DNA of 64,000 nt from Azolla caroliniana (GCA_043228905.1 JBHGNT010000010.1:13392001-13456000), one strand, 5' to 3'; positions 37,388 through 51,065 are shown, numbered from the stretch's first letter. The notes: generated by a model not told the origin, from the sequence alone. Translations and numbers: made by a program.

Positions 37388-38068
37388 CTCTGAAACCGGA
37401 AATAATACCAATAACCAATGAGTGAAAATTGGCTTCATTGGTTTTCCCTTCTGAACTCCGTTCAGTTGTTCTCTCAGAGCATCTGCCGACAGTAGCCCCC
37501 AATCGAAAGCTTCGCCTTCATAAGCGGCGATGATAAATCTAGCCCTCTTTTTGGGCATACAGTAGAATCTCGGACTAATAATAAACCCTACTTCCAATAA
37601 AAAAATTGCCACTTCATGAAAAAACACATCCCTACCTCCTAGTGTCTGATACGCTTTGGCGGAGGGCGAATACTCACCAAAATAGGACCGCAACCCCTCT
37701 TTTGTGACTTTGTTGACCGCGTCGAACCCGCCTCTTGGCATCTCCAATGCCGCTCTTACCTTCTTATTTGTGATTTTCGAGACATCGAGTTCTTCCATTA
37801 GAGCTTCAGCGTTTGGGTGCGGCTCTACTTCTACGACTTTCAAGAATCCTTGTAAATTATTGCGAACAAACCAGCGGCGCAAATTATCAGATACAGTAAT
37901 TGGCATATTGTCGTCGTCGACTGACAGATCGTCGCTCTGTGGTGATGGTGGAAAACGTTGTGGGCTATGGCGAAGAAGATCAAAAAACTTGTGAGCTCGA
38001 ATGCGTTTCTGCTTCTGTGGTGAAACAGACATTACAGAAATAGGTTTTAAGGAATTAATTTTTTGCAT
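37373..38068 (-). CDS. Extra ORF downstream of integrase in Gypsy family C, unknown function, 3'-truncated
   Basis: 231-aa ORF of globular-looking composition, same strand as pol, ~220 bp after the integrase end; cut at the ~37387 junction. Confidence 0.6.
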   Translation of the reverse strand: MQKINSLKPISVMSVSPQKQKRIRAHKFFDLLRHSPQRFPPSPQSDDLSVDDDNMPITVSDNLRRWFVRNNLQGFLKVVEVEPHPNAEALMEELDVSKITNKKVRAALEMPRGGFDAVNKVTKEGLRSYFGEYSPSAKAYQTLGGRDVFFHEVAIFLLEVGFIISPRFYCMPKKRARFIIAAYEGEAFDWGLLSADALREQLNGVQKGKPMKPIFTHWLLVLFPVSEPVPR

Positions 38069-38289
38069 GATGCCTAGGGAATAAAGGTACTATTAATGTA
38101 GGTAATGACTCGGTGTACTAGTGGAGTAAAAGCTAGAAATAGCAATCATGACTAATAAAAACATGCCTCCACTACTTCTTACTTATAGCCTTCTTAAGTC
38201 ATTCCAAGATTCTCTTCTTGACAGTTAGTTATGATTTGGCAAGAAAATTTTCGATAGTTAGTTTTCTTTTTTCTTTTTTCTTTTTCTTT

Positions 38290-41180
38290 TTACTTTTCTT
38301 CCGATTCAGCCTTAAATGGATTTTTTGGCATGTCTCCATGATATGGCTTAAGCCGGAAACCATTGACCCATTTCGGCAAAATCGCACCTGATAAGGTTCC
38401 CAGTTGATACGTACCATTGTTACTATTCCTGATCCAAACTGGTCCTATCCATCTATATCGAAGTTTACCTGGCATAGCCCCCATCCTGGTCTAAAAAATA
38501 GGTACCCGTTTCCCGATTCCGAATTGAGTTTCGGTTTTTGTCGGTGTCGATTTACAAATGCCTTCGTTTGCCTCTGTTTGTGCTCCAAAGCTGACATAGC
38601 TTGTATTTGGTCTTCTTCTAACAGCAATAAAGATTCCTTCCGAATTTGCTCCGACTATAGTTCATTTAATTTTTCGGTTGCTTGTATTCGGAGTGTCGGA
38701 ATCTGGAATTCGATTGGCATAACTGCCTCCAATCCGAAAGCCATTCGAAAAGGTGTTGATTTAATAGATGTTTTGTACGACATGTGATATGCCCATAAAG
38801 CACTATGCAACTTTTGATCCTAGTCCGTACGATTCTCATTTACTATCTTTTTGAGTATCGTCTAGAGGGTTTTGTTTATCGACTCCACCAAGCCATTCGC
38901 TTGTGGATAGTAAGGCATGCTTTTCTTATGAACAACTGCATAGTATGTAGACAATTCATGAACAAGCTTGTTAATGAAATGTGTACCTTGATCGCTCACT
39001 AATTCTATTGGGCAACCGAATCTACACCATATAGATTCGTACAAAAATTTTGTTGTTGAAACTGTCGTATTATCCCTAAGAGCTTTAGCTTCTACCCACT
39101 TCGTGCAGCAATCAGTGACAACTATAATATATCGATTGCCTGTCCGTACTGCTGCCGGTTTGAATGGGCCTACAAAATCCAAAACCCATTTCTGGAAAGG
39201 TTCAGGAGGTAACACCGGTTGAAACGACATCCGGTCCTTTTCTGTCGGTTGTCCCATACGTTGGCATAAATCACATTTTCGACAATATTCGACTGCATCC
39301 TTCATCATTGTCGGCCACCATAAGCCATTGTTCCATATTTTTCTAGCTGTGGTTTCTCCAGCATAATGCCCTCTTGCAATTCCACAGTGCGATTCCCAAA
39401 GAATGACCAATTTTTCGAATTGTCGTACTGCTCTTCTCCAAATACCATCTGCTCCTTTATGATACAGAGTGTCGTTCAAAAGACAAAAATTACGACTCCA
39501 TACCGCCAACCTTTTTCTTTTGTCTGCCGCTAGATGTTTGGGTGGTATCCCAGTTGTAAGAAAGATTTTCATCTCTGAGACCCAAGCATCCTCACTTTCT
39601 TCATTTATATCCTGTGCATTTACTGCTTCCACTCGAAAAAGCTGGGCATCCGGAAAATCATCCTTGACACTTGTGCCTTCTTCTCTTGACTCCAGTCGAC
39701 TGAGATAATCGGCCACTGCATGTTGTACTCCTGGCCGATGTAAAGTGTCGAATTCGAATTCTTGGAGTAGAAGAGTCCATCTTGCTAATTTACCAGTTAA
39801 CTCTTGTTTCGAGACCAAATAAAGAACAACCGAATGATCAACATGAAATGTAAACTTTTTCCCCAAAAGATAATGTCGAAATTTATTGACACTATAGATC
39901 ATTCCTAAAGCTTCCCTCTCAATTGTAGAATAGTTTCTTTCCGTTGTTGAGAGTTTCCAACTAGCATAGTACACTGGACTGTACCAATTCGGTTCGATCA
40001 ACTGCATTAATGCACTTCCGATTGCGATGTCCGATGCGTCGACAAAAACATGGAACGGCTTATTCCAGTCAGGTGGTTGTGCCACGAGAACTCTGGACAA
40101 CATTTTCTTGAGACAGTCATATGCATCCTGTTCCACACTTGTCCACTGAAAAGGAACTTTGTGTACTGTTGTATGTAAGAGAATGGCGATATCCACAAGA
40201 TATCTTATCATTCTGTTGTGCCATCTAATCTGACCTAAAAACCAACTAAGAGCTTTAGCATTTGTGGGTGTTGGTGCTTCCAGTATGGCTTTAACCTTGT
40301 CGGGCTCCACTGCAATTCCTTCTTGACTGACAATATGGCCTAATAATGTGCCAATAGTGACCCCGAATGCACATTTTTCCAGATTTAAACTAAGCCGACC
40401 TGTCCGACATTTCTCCAAACATAGTCGTAAATGCTCAAAATGCTCGTTTTTCCGACTATAAACCGCAAAATTATCCAAAAAGACTTGCATAAATGCAAGA
40501 ATATAATCCCCAAATATTTCCTGTATTACTCTTTGGAATGTTGCCGAAGCGGTCTTCAAGCCAAACATCATTACTACCACTACAAACACTCCCCCTTCTG
40601 TAACAAAAGTTGTCTTTTCTTGATCTTCCGGATTCATCCGAACCTTATTATAACCACTAAAACCATCTAGGAAACTATAAACTTCATGGCCAGCTACCGC
40701 ATCCAATATACTATCCATAAATGGTAATGGGAACACATCCGTAACGGTCGCCGCATTCAATTTTCGGTAGTCGACACATACCCGAATCTTGCCATTATTT
40801 TTCGCAACTACTACGATTGGGCTTAACCATGTCGATTTTTTCACCGGACGAATAAACCCTACTTTCAAAAGTTTATCTATTTCTTCCTTTACTTTAATAG
40901 CATAATTAGGATTTAATCGGTACCTGCGATGTTGAACTGGCTTTGCATCCTTATGCAAGTTGATCTGATGTTGACAGAAAGCTGGGTCAAGTCCCTTCAT
41001 ATCTTCAAAAGACCATGCAAAGACATCCTTATATTGCTTTAATAATGTCGTTAACCGTTGTTTGTCAGCTTCTATCATATCTTTAGCAATGAGTATTGTT
41101 TTCAACTCATTGTCCTTTTCTTCTTCTACCAAATTTATTTCCTCCAGTGTTGAAGCTTGAACTCGTTGGGACACCTTCAT
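38290..41180 (-). pseudogene. pol (RT, RNase H, integrase with GPY/F-type tail) of Gypsy family C
   Basis: RVCVDYRKLN, LDGFSGY, FVDASD, ADYLSR, H..GH...C..C, LDFVGP, PQANGLVE, RWIGP; frameshifts in the C-terminal part. Confidence 0.92.
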
Positions 41181-41189
41181 CTCTCTATC

Positions 41190-44100
41190 GGTAGCTTCTT
41201 GCTAGAGTCGTATTTCCTTCATTGTTTGCTCATCTGGCAACCATCCGCCGTGCATGTACTTTCTTTTCGACACCTCCTTGTCAGGCACCGTCTGTACCGG
41301 ACATCGTCGCGTACCCGTGCTTTGCTTTGGCCCTCGATGGCCACACGCACGTCTTCTGTTCCGCTTTCGGGTGTGCCCTTTCCAGCTCGACACACCGCTC
41401 CTTAACCGGGTGTCCCCGATAGCTCATCGGAAGATCACCCTTGCTGCGTCCTATTCTCCTGCCGCCACCCTCAGTTTCTTGGTCTTACGTCGGATCTGAT
41501 GCCGACCGCCGAAGTCTCTAGATCCGGTGTGAGGTGACCATAGGATTGGTCTTAGCCGGTTCCTGTTTCGTGCCGCCACCATCCTTCTCACTCGGTCTCA
41601 CGTTGCCACGTCGGCTTGAACTGCCAGTGTCTCCGGATTGGTGTGAGGAACTCATAGGACCGTCGTATCCTTGCCTTCCACCCTCGTCCCCTCGCCGCCA
41701 CCTTCAGTCTCTTGGTCTTATGTCGGATCCAATGTCGACTACCAAAGTCTCTAGAACCGGTGTGAAGGATCCTCCTTGGGCTCTTCGTATCTCGGACCCT
41801 TACCCCGGGTCGTCTCTCTCCGCATGTAGAGAGGGTGGCTCGCTCCACACCCTCTCCCGTGGTACCGACGTACCATGTTCCTGGCCTCTTCGTAGGCCTG
41901 CTCTCTTCCTCCCTTCCGGATCGGTTATCCGGAAGTCCGCTCTGCCGGTTCTCATTCGGGTTCGTCCGTTATTCCGCATTGCTCGGTCGCGTTCTCCTGC
42001 CGCCACCGTCAGTATCTTGGTCTTACGTCGGATCCGATGCGGACCGCCGAAGTCTCTAGCCCGGTGTGAGGTGACCCATAGGATCGGGTCTTCGTTTTCC
42101 GCATCTGTCCCTTGTACTTCTCCCAAACTTGTCGTCGCTCTCCTTGTTGCATTCCTGCCTCCATCTTCCATCTCTTTCGGTCTGACGTTGCCACGCCGGC
42201 CGAACTGTCGAAGTCTCCGGTCAAGATGTGGGGACACCGATTTCGTAACGTCTCCTGACAACTCATACCGGGCTACCGACCCCTTTAGTGGTGTCGGTGG
42301 ATAGCATCCTCCCTATGATCGATGAAACCCCGCCTGGGCTTCATTCTCCAATGTCCGGAGTTTTGGCTCCGATGCCGATCTTGCCGGACTCATTCCATAC
42401 CCTCGATCATCTTATTCCCGATTCTCGACCTTCACCCGGTCGGTCTTTCTCCCCATGTAAAAGAGGGCCGCTCGTTTCCCACCCTCTCTCGTATCGGCAC
42501 CCTCATGTCGATTCTGGCCCCGGTCAGACAATCCACGACAGGATTGCTCTCCAACGGAATCAGAGTGTCGCATTGTTCGGTCCCTGGTCGGGTCGTTTCT
42601 TGGTCTCTTCGTCGACCGTCTCGCGGGCCACCTCCCATCCTTCTTCGTTGGCATCGTGCCAGGACTCCTTGATACCGTCATCCATCTCCTCGGTCTGACA
42701 TGGGCATAAGGGCCCGAATGCCGAGTTCTCCGGAATCGGTCCCGAGGGCTCTTGTCCGTTCCTTCCCGATATCGTCTCGCCGGTGATTCTTGGTCTCACG
42801 CTGTCGCCTTCCTCCTCTTGGGACTCACGTGGGCACTTGGGCCCGACTGCCATCGTCTCGGGAGCAAGTGTGGGAAGATGCGAAGAATCGCCCGTCCCTT
42901 TTACGCCCTTGTCCGTAGCCACCGGCTCTTCGTGGCCGGTGGTTGTCTCCTAACCGATCGCGCAAGCCCCTCCTGGGCTTGCTTCTCATATGTCCGGAGC
43001 CTCAGGCTGATGTGCCCGAAACCACTGGTTCCAATGTTCCGATCCCGTGCTCGGTATCCCAGCCTTGTCCTCGGCTGCTCTATCTCCGCAATTCGAGAGG
43101 GCGTATTGTTCCGCACCCTCTCCCGTGGTACCGTTGTACCGATCTTCTGCCATCTCGTGGGGCAAGTTCGTCTCCTTGGCGTCGGCTTGTGGCCTCGATC
43201 TTTCCTCTTCCTCGAGCATTGCCTCGAGAGCTGCGTACGCCTCTGCAATCCTGGCCCCGAAGTCGAGCCTTGCCGACTCTCTTTGGCATACCCTTCCGAC
43301 CTTCGACTAGTCCTCGGTAAGGCCATTCGCTCCGTCCTCGTCTTCGAGCTCAATCCCGATGGTCTCTTGTTCCGCTCGGTCGATCGACATAATGAACAAC
43401 AGGACTTTGTCCGCCCCCACCAAACCTTGTTCCCGCTCCGGGAGCCAAGCAAGCCGTCGCTCGAACTCTCGGAACGCCTTCGTTGCGCCCCGGTGGTTCT
43501 TCGCCGATGCAACCCACTGGTCGAAGTCGCGTCATCCCCGACTCTTCTGCCATCCCCCATATGCCTGCATGAGCGCCTCTTCGAAGGCCTCCCACGAACT
43601 ATGAGCTTCTCAGAGCTCCTTCACTTCCACATGCATATGGACGACGACGACCCGACAAAAGAACTCTAGCCTCAACGCCTCGTCTACGTCTCGCTCCTCC
43701 ATTTCTGCGTTGTAGGCTTCCAAGTAGAATGGGACTTTGTCCTCGTTGAAACGACCGACTCTTTCGACCACTCGCTGAACTGCTTGCTGCGCCGTCTCTC
43801 GTCTTGTTGTTGCTCGTCCAAACTCCCTCACCGCTTCGACAAAAGGTTACGCAAAGTCGTCTTCCGCCAGCTACATTCTCCCTTGCGCCATATGATGTCG
43901 CGTTATTACGCGCGTGCATGTAGAAGGGGCGGGACCACGGGGGTCTCGGACGAGAGAGGAAGGAATGCCGAGAAGACGATTCCGGACGCGTCCCGGAAGC
44001 AACCGAACACGAGAGAGAGAGAGGGGGGGGACTCTTATACACAAGAAACAAGGGGGCTATGCTCCCGACTCCACCAAATACACCGATATGCACAACAAAC

Positions 44101-44638
44101 ACGAATATATATATATATATTACAGGAAAAGATACAACCCCGGCTTCGGGCCGGACCAAGGTACAACAACAGTCTGCTGCCAAGCGGCCAATCGGGGAGC
44201 TCACGGGCTTGGCGCGCCGATCGGGGTCTTGCACAGGAGACCGAGCAGAAGCAAACCTTAAACAAACATGAAGGGGAAGAAGAAGCAGAAGAAAACCAAG
44301 AAGAAACCCTAAAACGGAATAGGGTGAAGACCAAAGTAGAAACCCTAATAATAAGAATGAGATGAAAACAAAGAAAACTACCAAACCCTAGACCTACGTG
44401 GTATACCCTTCCTAACTCAAAATGGGCAACCCCTCTTCAAGGGACCATCCCTTCCTTTTATAGAACGAGGAGAGGGATGCATTACAATGTGGGTTAAATC
44501 CCAACTTACATGGGATTCTCTGTCCCGACTTGACTCCTACTATTCACACGTTTTTACAAGGGTAAGTGCACATGGTGCACCCCGCTGATTCTTCCGATAT
44601 CCCCCGGTTTCTCACCATGGCCCGGAATCTTCACGACA
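41190..44638 (-). mobile_element. 5' part of GC-rich Gypsy family D: 5' LTR 43896-44638, PBS, decayed gag, repetitive internal region with no pol seen
   Basis: LTR followed by TCATA-TGGCGCAAGG; gag FNEDKVPFYLEAYNAEM related to families A and B; recurring GGTCTTACGTCGGATC units near 41480, 41715 and 42020; TSD TCGT 44639-44642. Confidence 0.88.
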
Positions 44639-46990
44639 TCGTGTAAGTCGGGATGTCGTCTTTGGCGAATCGACATCATGGTACAAACCTGAGCCGACTC
44701 CTCTCAAACCATCTACGAACGACCTTGACAACACAGAAGACGATGATCAACTAAGGTCAATACTCAAAGAGAGTCCAATCTCAACCAAATTGAGCGAACC
44801 ACATGAGCCTCTGAGTAATCAAAGCATATCTCGATCAAGTCCTAAGATGGACAAAGAGAAGGCTAAACTGCTGGAATATGAAGATGATCACTTCGACGGC
44901 AACGAATCGACTCACTCACTCGATAGTGATTTCAATGGCTTTGATGTGTCTCTAATGAGGTCACCCAGAGTAACGAAAGCTCTCACATCGGCAAATGAGA
45001 AACTCCGTCGCTCCACTTGAGAGAAGAATCTGGCTAGCCGATTCGGCTACAACGACTATATGACATACCACTATGCCTTTATGATGAAGGTGGCAGCAGT
45101 TCGAGAACCAGAGAGCTTTGCCAAAGCCACCAAAGATCCACGATGGGTTAAAGCGATGAACAAGGAAATGCAAGCTCTCAGCAAGAATGAGACATGGGAT
45201 CTCGTCCCTCACTCACCACACAAGAAGGCAATCGGCTGCAGATGGATATACAAAGTGAAGTATAATGTCGACGGTTCTGACAACCGCTACAAATCTCGAC
45301 TAGTAGCAAAGGGCTATGCACAAACATAGGGAGTCGACTATGAAGAGACCTTTGCCCCGATGGCAAAGATGAAAACCATGTGGACCGTGATAGTGCTTGC
45401 TGCAGCGAAAGGGTCGCACCTCCACCAGATGGATGTCAAGAATGCCTTTCTTCAAGGTGAACTAGAAGAGAAGGTTTACATGATATAACCACCCGGCTTT
45501 GAATCCAATATTCATCTGAAAGTCGTTTGCCGACTCAAGAAGCCTATCTACGGCCTTAAGCAAGCACCATGTGCTTGGCCCTCAAAGATAACACAATATC
45601 CTCATTGAATCAGCTTCTGAATGTCAAAATCTGACAATTCTCTCTATGTAAGAAGCGATTCCGAAAGTCAAATTGTCATCATCCTATACGTGGGGGTGAG
45701 CATCTAGTCGACATCAACAAGGTCAAGTTCCTCCTCTCCAGCAAATTCGAGATGATGGACATGAAAGAGCTCCATTACTTCCTTGGCATTGAGGTAATCC
45801 GGACTCCAACTGGAGTAATGATCTCTCAACGATACTACATCCTTAACTTGTTATACAAGTTTGGGATGACTGAATGCAAATCTGTGGCAACCCCTTTCAA
45901 TCGAAATCTCAGACTGGATGTCGACTCCGGCACCACAAACTGCGAGTCAACTCAATGTCGAAAACTGATTGGGAGCCTCATCTACCTCATGATCACTCAA
46001 CCTGACCTGAGCTACCTGGTTGGCCTCCTTAGCTAATTCATGCAAACTCCACGAGATATCCATTCGGATTGTGCTAAGCAAGTGGTACGATACGTGAGTG
46101 GTACGATGGACTATGGCATTCTCTATAAGCCGGCCACACCAATTCAACTCGGAGGGTACATAGATGCTGATTGGGCCGACTACAAAGCCGATCGACAATC
46201 AACGTCTGGTTTTGTCTTCTCCCTCCGAAGTGGAGCATGGAGTAGCAAGAAGCAACCAATCCTAGCTCTTTTGACCACAGAGGCAGAATATAGGGGCGTA
46301 GCGGTGGCTGCATCTGAAGTCGTATGACTCAAGAGAATATTGAAGGATCTAGGCGCTCCCATCAAATATCTGATTCCCCTTTACTTTGACAACATGAGCA
46401 GTATTCATCTGGCTTGGAACTCGTTGTTCCACGCACGCACGAAGCATATCAAAGTGCACTATCACTTCATTTGTGAGAACGTTCAGGATGGAGATGTCGA
46501 ACTTCAACACATGAGCAGAAATCTTTAGACAACCGACATCTTTACCAAAGCCCTAGGAGCCACCAAGCATCGGCAATTCATGTCAAACCGTGGATTGATG
46601 ATCCATCTCTTTCCAAGCTTGAGGGGGACTACGTCCGAACCAGGTACCAACCAAAGCGGAAAAAGCGGACCAAAGTTGAGCTTGAGGGGTGTGTTGAGAA
46701 TCAAGCTCAGCCTAATCTGATGTGTGAACACACCCTAGAGAGTGTATGAACACTCAAAGGTCAAAAGTCACACCGCTACTCTCTACACATTAACTATGTG
46801 TCATAGAATCATATTCTATGACACATAACTAATGAGTTTCCCCATTCCCCATGACTCATGATCTTTGGTAGTTAATGAAGAGAGAGAGTGACTATATAAA
46901 GCACTCTCCTCCTACTTTGTTATACGTCGGTTAATCTCCTTTGTAATATACAATCTTCCTGAGTATTTCCAATATATCTATCTTGTGTTT

Positions 46991-47028
<38 letters not shown>

Positions 47029-47052
47029 TACACATAACACACATCTCTAACC
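44639..47052 (+). mobile_element. 3' part of Ty1/Copia: integrase tail, RT, RNase H, PPT and 3' LTR (46692-~47052)
   Basis: [41 protein letters not shown]; TTGAGGGG directly before TGTTG. Confidence 0.9.
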
Positions 47053-47217
47053 TATTCCGCTACACAAGAATCACCATCGATTCTTTCCATGAGTATTTGG
47101 TGCACGCACTGAACGTGCTCCACGGTTGGATGCGCCATGAATTGACTAATCAATCCGATCAGATAGCTGAGGTCTGACCGAGTGATGGTCAAATATATAA
47201 GGCTTCTAACTATGTAT
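47053..47217 (-). pseudogene. Copia RT fragment, left half of the target of the Sola2-like element
   Basis: YIVRSLIYLTITRSDLSY; continues in frame from 63143. Confidence 0.8.
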
Positions 47218-49299
47218 CGGAGGGTAAAAGCATGCAAGTGGAAACACTATTATAGCTAATTAGCTACTAAAATGGCCACAACTAATTAGCTATTTGTTTA
47301 GCTAGTTTTTTGTGGGAAAATCATAAGGATGGTTTACAATTTTTTATGTTTTATTAGTTAAATACATGTCATTTAAATTTATGAGAATACTCAAATATTT
47401 GAACTTTGGTTTTTATCGTAGTGGAACATGGGGAATAGTGCCATCATCTAAGGTGGACTTGAATGTCATCAAATTCTTGATAATCCTGAGTTCGAGTTCG
47501 AACTCCAAACAGATGGAGTACTCTAAGCATGAACGCAGACGAAGCCCCCATAGCAACACAAAAACTCTGAGATCGACATTGCACCTTCAAAGCTACAACA
47601 CACGAGCAAGTCGTTCCTCGTCCAGGTATGTATCAGTTACATATTAAAAAAACTTTTTTTTTCCTTTCTGAAACTTTTTTTTTCCTTTCTGATAACTGTC
47701 TGTAACTTTGGTGCTTATTCATCTTTCCCAAAAAATCGAATAGGGCGAAGTCGTTGGAGTCCCAAACAAAGATGTCTTGAAGATCAGGGTGTAGTAGCAT
47801 GTGTGTTTTTTATTGACAGAATTTCGTAGTACGGTTGATTTCTACCTTTAGTGATGATTAGGGTTTGTGTTTCCCTTAAGTGGTTTATGGTTTCAGATTA
47901 CAAATTTTAGATTACAAGTTTCTAATTACAAATTTCATATTACTGTCGCAATCGGTTGTAATTTTGCACCAATTCTCATGACAAATTCTGATTAAGGTTT
48001 CTGATTTTTTAAGTGGTTGATTTCTGATACATGTTGAAAAGGACAGATTACAAATTTTAGATTACTATCTCAAAGTGTTGTAATTTTGCACCAAATACAC
48101 ATTAAAAATTCTGTTTTTGCACCAATTATGATTACTGTTTTGCTATTTCAGGTGGCTCGTTGCTCCCTATCCTAGAGTGCTGAATTTCGAAAAATTTTGC
48201 GACACAAAGGAGGACTTTCACAACATATATGGTCTGTCGCTCGAGGGTATTGACCCTGCTGTTCTAACAGATAGATTGATTAGTGATGTAGACTGGATGT
48301 CAGTATATAAAGTGCCCAGAGTGAAAGGCAAGGTCAAGCTCAAGCATGTACGACCGGACCTATACGACGACTGCATGATATTGCACCAGAAAGTACATAA
48401 AGAGATCCCGGTCAACAACGATTTGTCCGTTTCATTGTGTGTCCACACCGACACACAATGAAAGCCAATGTCAATGATACAGGTGAGACATTGATTAGCT
48501 ATATGCTAAAAAATGTCCATGAAGCTTGTGAGACATTGGAGTTGTTTAAGATTGATTTAGAGAAAACAACATTGGTTGTTGCGATGGAGAGCAAAGTCAC
48601 TTTGGCAGTTACAACAATCAGAAATAAGATTCAGGTACCTATTTTTTGCTAGTATGCAATATGTTATAAATAACTTGTACATGAAAATGTGCTACTGAGG
48701 CATTATCTCGAACAAGTTGCTCAACATGAACTTGAAATTGAGGGGTCGTTGGATCCCCAACGTAAAATTTAACTGCAAACAGAGATCCAAGTTCTTTCAA
48801 TGAACCTGGACCTTCTAGGTGTAAATATTGTCGTTGATTACAATTTGGAAAAGCTACAAGTAAGTTAATGATTCTTGTTTCTTGTTGTTGTATCTTCCTC
48901 ATTAAGGAATATTAATCGTTAACTTTCTCGGTTGTGTTGAAGGAACAATACTCCCGTCAAGAACAGGTTGTTAGCTGCCTTACGAAGCAGCAACATTTTG
49001 CAAAGGGGATGGTAAGGAGTAGACAAGAATTGGACCTGAACATTCTTACTCCCTTACCAAATGAAGGAGAACTAGGAAACGATATATTGATTGTTCAAGC
49101 ACATTGCATCGCTTGTGGATTACGTGTAGAGGACAAATATGCTACTCTCTTGATTCACCTACAACCATGCCAACCCACATACCATATCGTTTGTTTTCAA
49201 TATGCATGTCGCATTGCTGCATTCTGCTTGGGGGATTGTAGTACAGCTCTCCGAGATGTGTGGTGAAAACACACAGGTAAAATTGCAGCTTGTGACCAT

Positions 49300-50185
49300 A
49301 GTGTAGCTAATTACTTTCATCTTTGCTAATTAGGTAAGTTGTATAAAGTGTGGAAACTATTTAGCTATTATGGTTGTAGTGTAGTAGCTAATTACCTAAC
49401 ATGTAGTTAATTAGCTAAGTGGTAGCTAAATAGCACTTACCATAGTTTAGTACAGTAGCTAATTAGCTAAGTGGTGGCTAATTAGCTACTACCATAGTTT
49501 AGTCCACTTACCTAATTTCCTACTACCATAGTTTAATACAATAGCTAAGTACCTACTACCATACTTTGGCAGAGTAGATAATTATGTAAGTGGTAGCCAA
49601 TTAGCTACTACCATAGTTTAGTACAGTAGCTAATTAGCTACTAGCATCAGTTAGCTTAGCTAATTAGCTACTACCATACTTTAGCAGAGTAGCTAATTAT
49701 GTAAGTGGTAGCTAATTAGCTACTACCATAGTTTAATACAGTAGCTAATTAGCTACTACCATAGTTTAATACAATAGCTAATTAGCTACTACCATAGTTT
49801 AATACAGTAGCTAATTAGCTACTACCATAGTTTAATACAATAGCTAATTAGCTACTACCATAGTTTAATACAGTAGCTAATTAGCTAATTAGCTACTACC
49901 ATAGTTTAGTACAATAGCTAATTAGCTAAGTGGTAGTTAAATATCTACTACCATAGTTTAGTACAATAGCTAATTAGCTAAGTGGTAGCTAATTAACTAC
50001 TACCATAGTTTAATACAATAACTAATTAGCTAAGTGATAGCTAATTAGCTAGTACAATACTTTAGTTGAGTAGGTAATTAGCTAGTACTATACCTAAGCA
50101 AAGTAGCTAATTAGCTAAGTGGTAGCTAATTAGCTACTATCATAGTCTAGAAGAATAGGTAGTTAGCTAAGATGTAGCTAAGTAG
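49300..50185. repeat. Satellite array, ~33-bp unit with palindromic core TAGCTAATTAGCTA
   Basis: Unit starts at 49742, 49775 and 49808; fills intron 49277-50202. Confidence 0.92.
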
Positions 50186-50432
50186 CGACCATGTTGTTGT
50201 AGAATCTTGTGGATTAAGGAGGGCGCATGAGCTGTCTGTTGCTGATGACGTTGTAACTGATGAGGAGATAATTGCCAACGTGGCTGAAAGTAAGAGTCCT
50301 ACTATCACATCTCCTTTAGATCAGCTCCACCCTATTCTTTTGGAAGATGGTAATGAATTAGGCAACGATGTGAAAAGTCATGAAATATTGGAAACAACAT
50401 GTAAATCTGAGGTTCACAACAATAGTGATTTT

Positions 50433-51065
50433 TGTTAGAAATATTGAGAATCGAGTAGATAGGTATATAGAGTTACAACTGCAGAGATGGATATATGAAA
50501 ACAGAATTTCTATTACATATGAGAGTAGTTCAAAATGGTAGTTTTCCCATGCGCTCACACCTTAGAACTTAGATAGGATATGGACCGGCTCACTACAAAA
50601 TTAGTGGGGACTCATGATCAATCTGACCACTGTGTGAGAAAAGTGACTTATAATCTATGTTTGGTCTTAGTATAAATGTGCAAGTCAGTTGACAGTAGTG
50701 GAGATATTCCTTTTCTGTCAACTGACTTGTCATTTAATATGACCCAACTCCCTAGGTACAGGCTAGTGCTAGATAATACTTATCTTGAAGTCAATGACAC
50801 ATACTTCAAGACTAAGTACATCGTAACTTGCCCACAAAATATTCTAGCTGACTTGATTAGACAATCCTTTTATCTATTTCTCTCTTTCCTAAATGTATTG
50901 TGTCCTACGCATCTACGGTTTCCTAGATTAACACCTTATCGACCCATATGGTCGAGTTGCACACTAGCCGCTCCTCATTTGGGGCGCTATCACAAAATGT
51001 GCACTCTAAGAGCACATATGGGGATAGATTTACAACTTGGGGCTGATCATTGATTATATCTAACA
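50433..51065 (-). repeat. 3' LTR of the young Copia
   Basis: Direct repeat of 55262-55894, TG..CA. Confidence 0.97.

Noticed and set aside
41534-44384. Many long overlapping ORFs on both strands
   Set aside because: GC-rich repetitive interior and LTR of family D; only the gag fragment near 43560-43830 is recognisable.
21032-44638. A single giant element bounded by long terminal inverted repeats
   Set aside because: The repeats are ordinary LTRs with a PPT or PBS on the wrong sides for that model; an inversion explains them and two other split elements.
47219-47221. 2- or 3-bp TSD (CACTA or Harbinger) for the large DNA transposon
   Set aside because: Formally possible, but the 4-bp reading gives symmetric GGG/CCC ends and fits the Sola2-like transposase motifs.
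49300-50185. Regular palindromic repeats resembling a CRISPR array (also 59655-60870 and 61815-62810)
   Set aside because: No unique spacers, degenerate tandem units, no cas genes, eukaryotic context.
50676-51053. Identical 125-aa ORFs here and at 55505-55882
   Set aside because: Antisense ORFs inside the two LTR copies; the identity reflects LTR duplication and there are no protein motifs.
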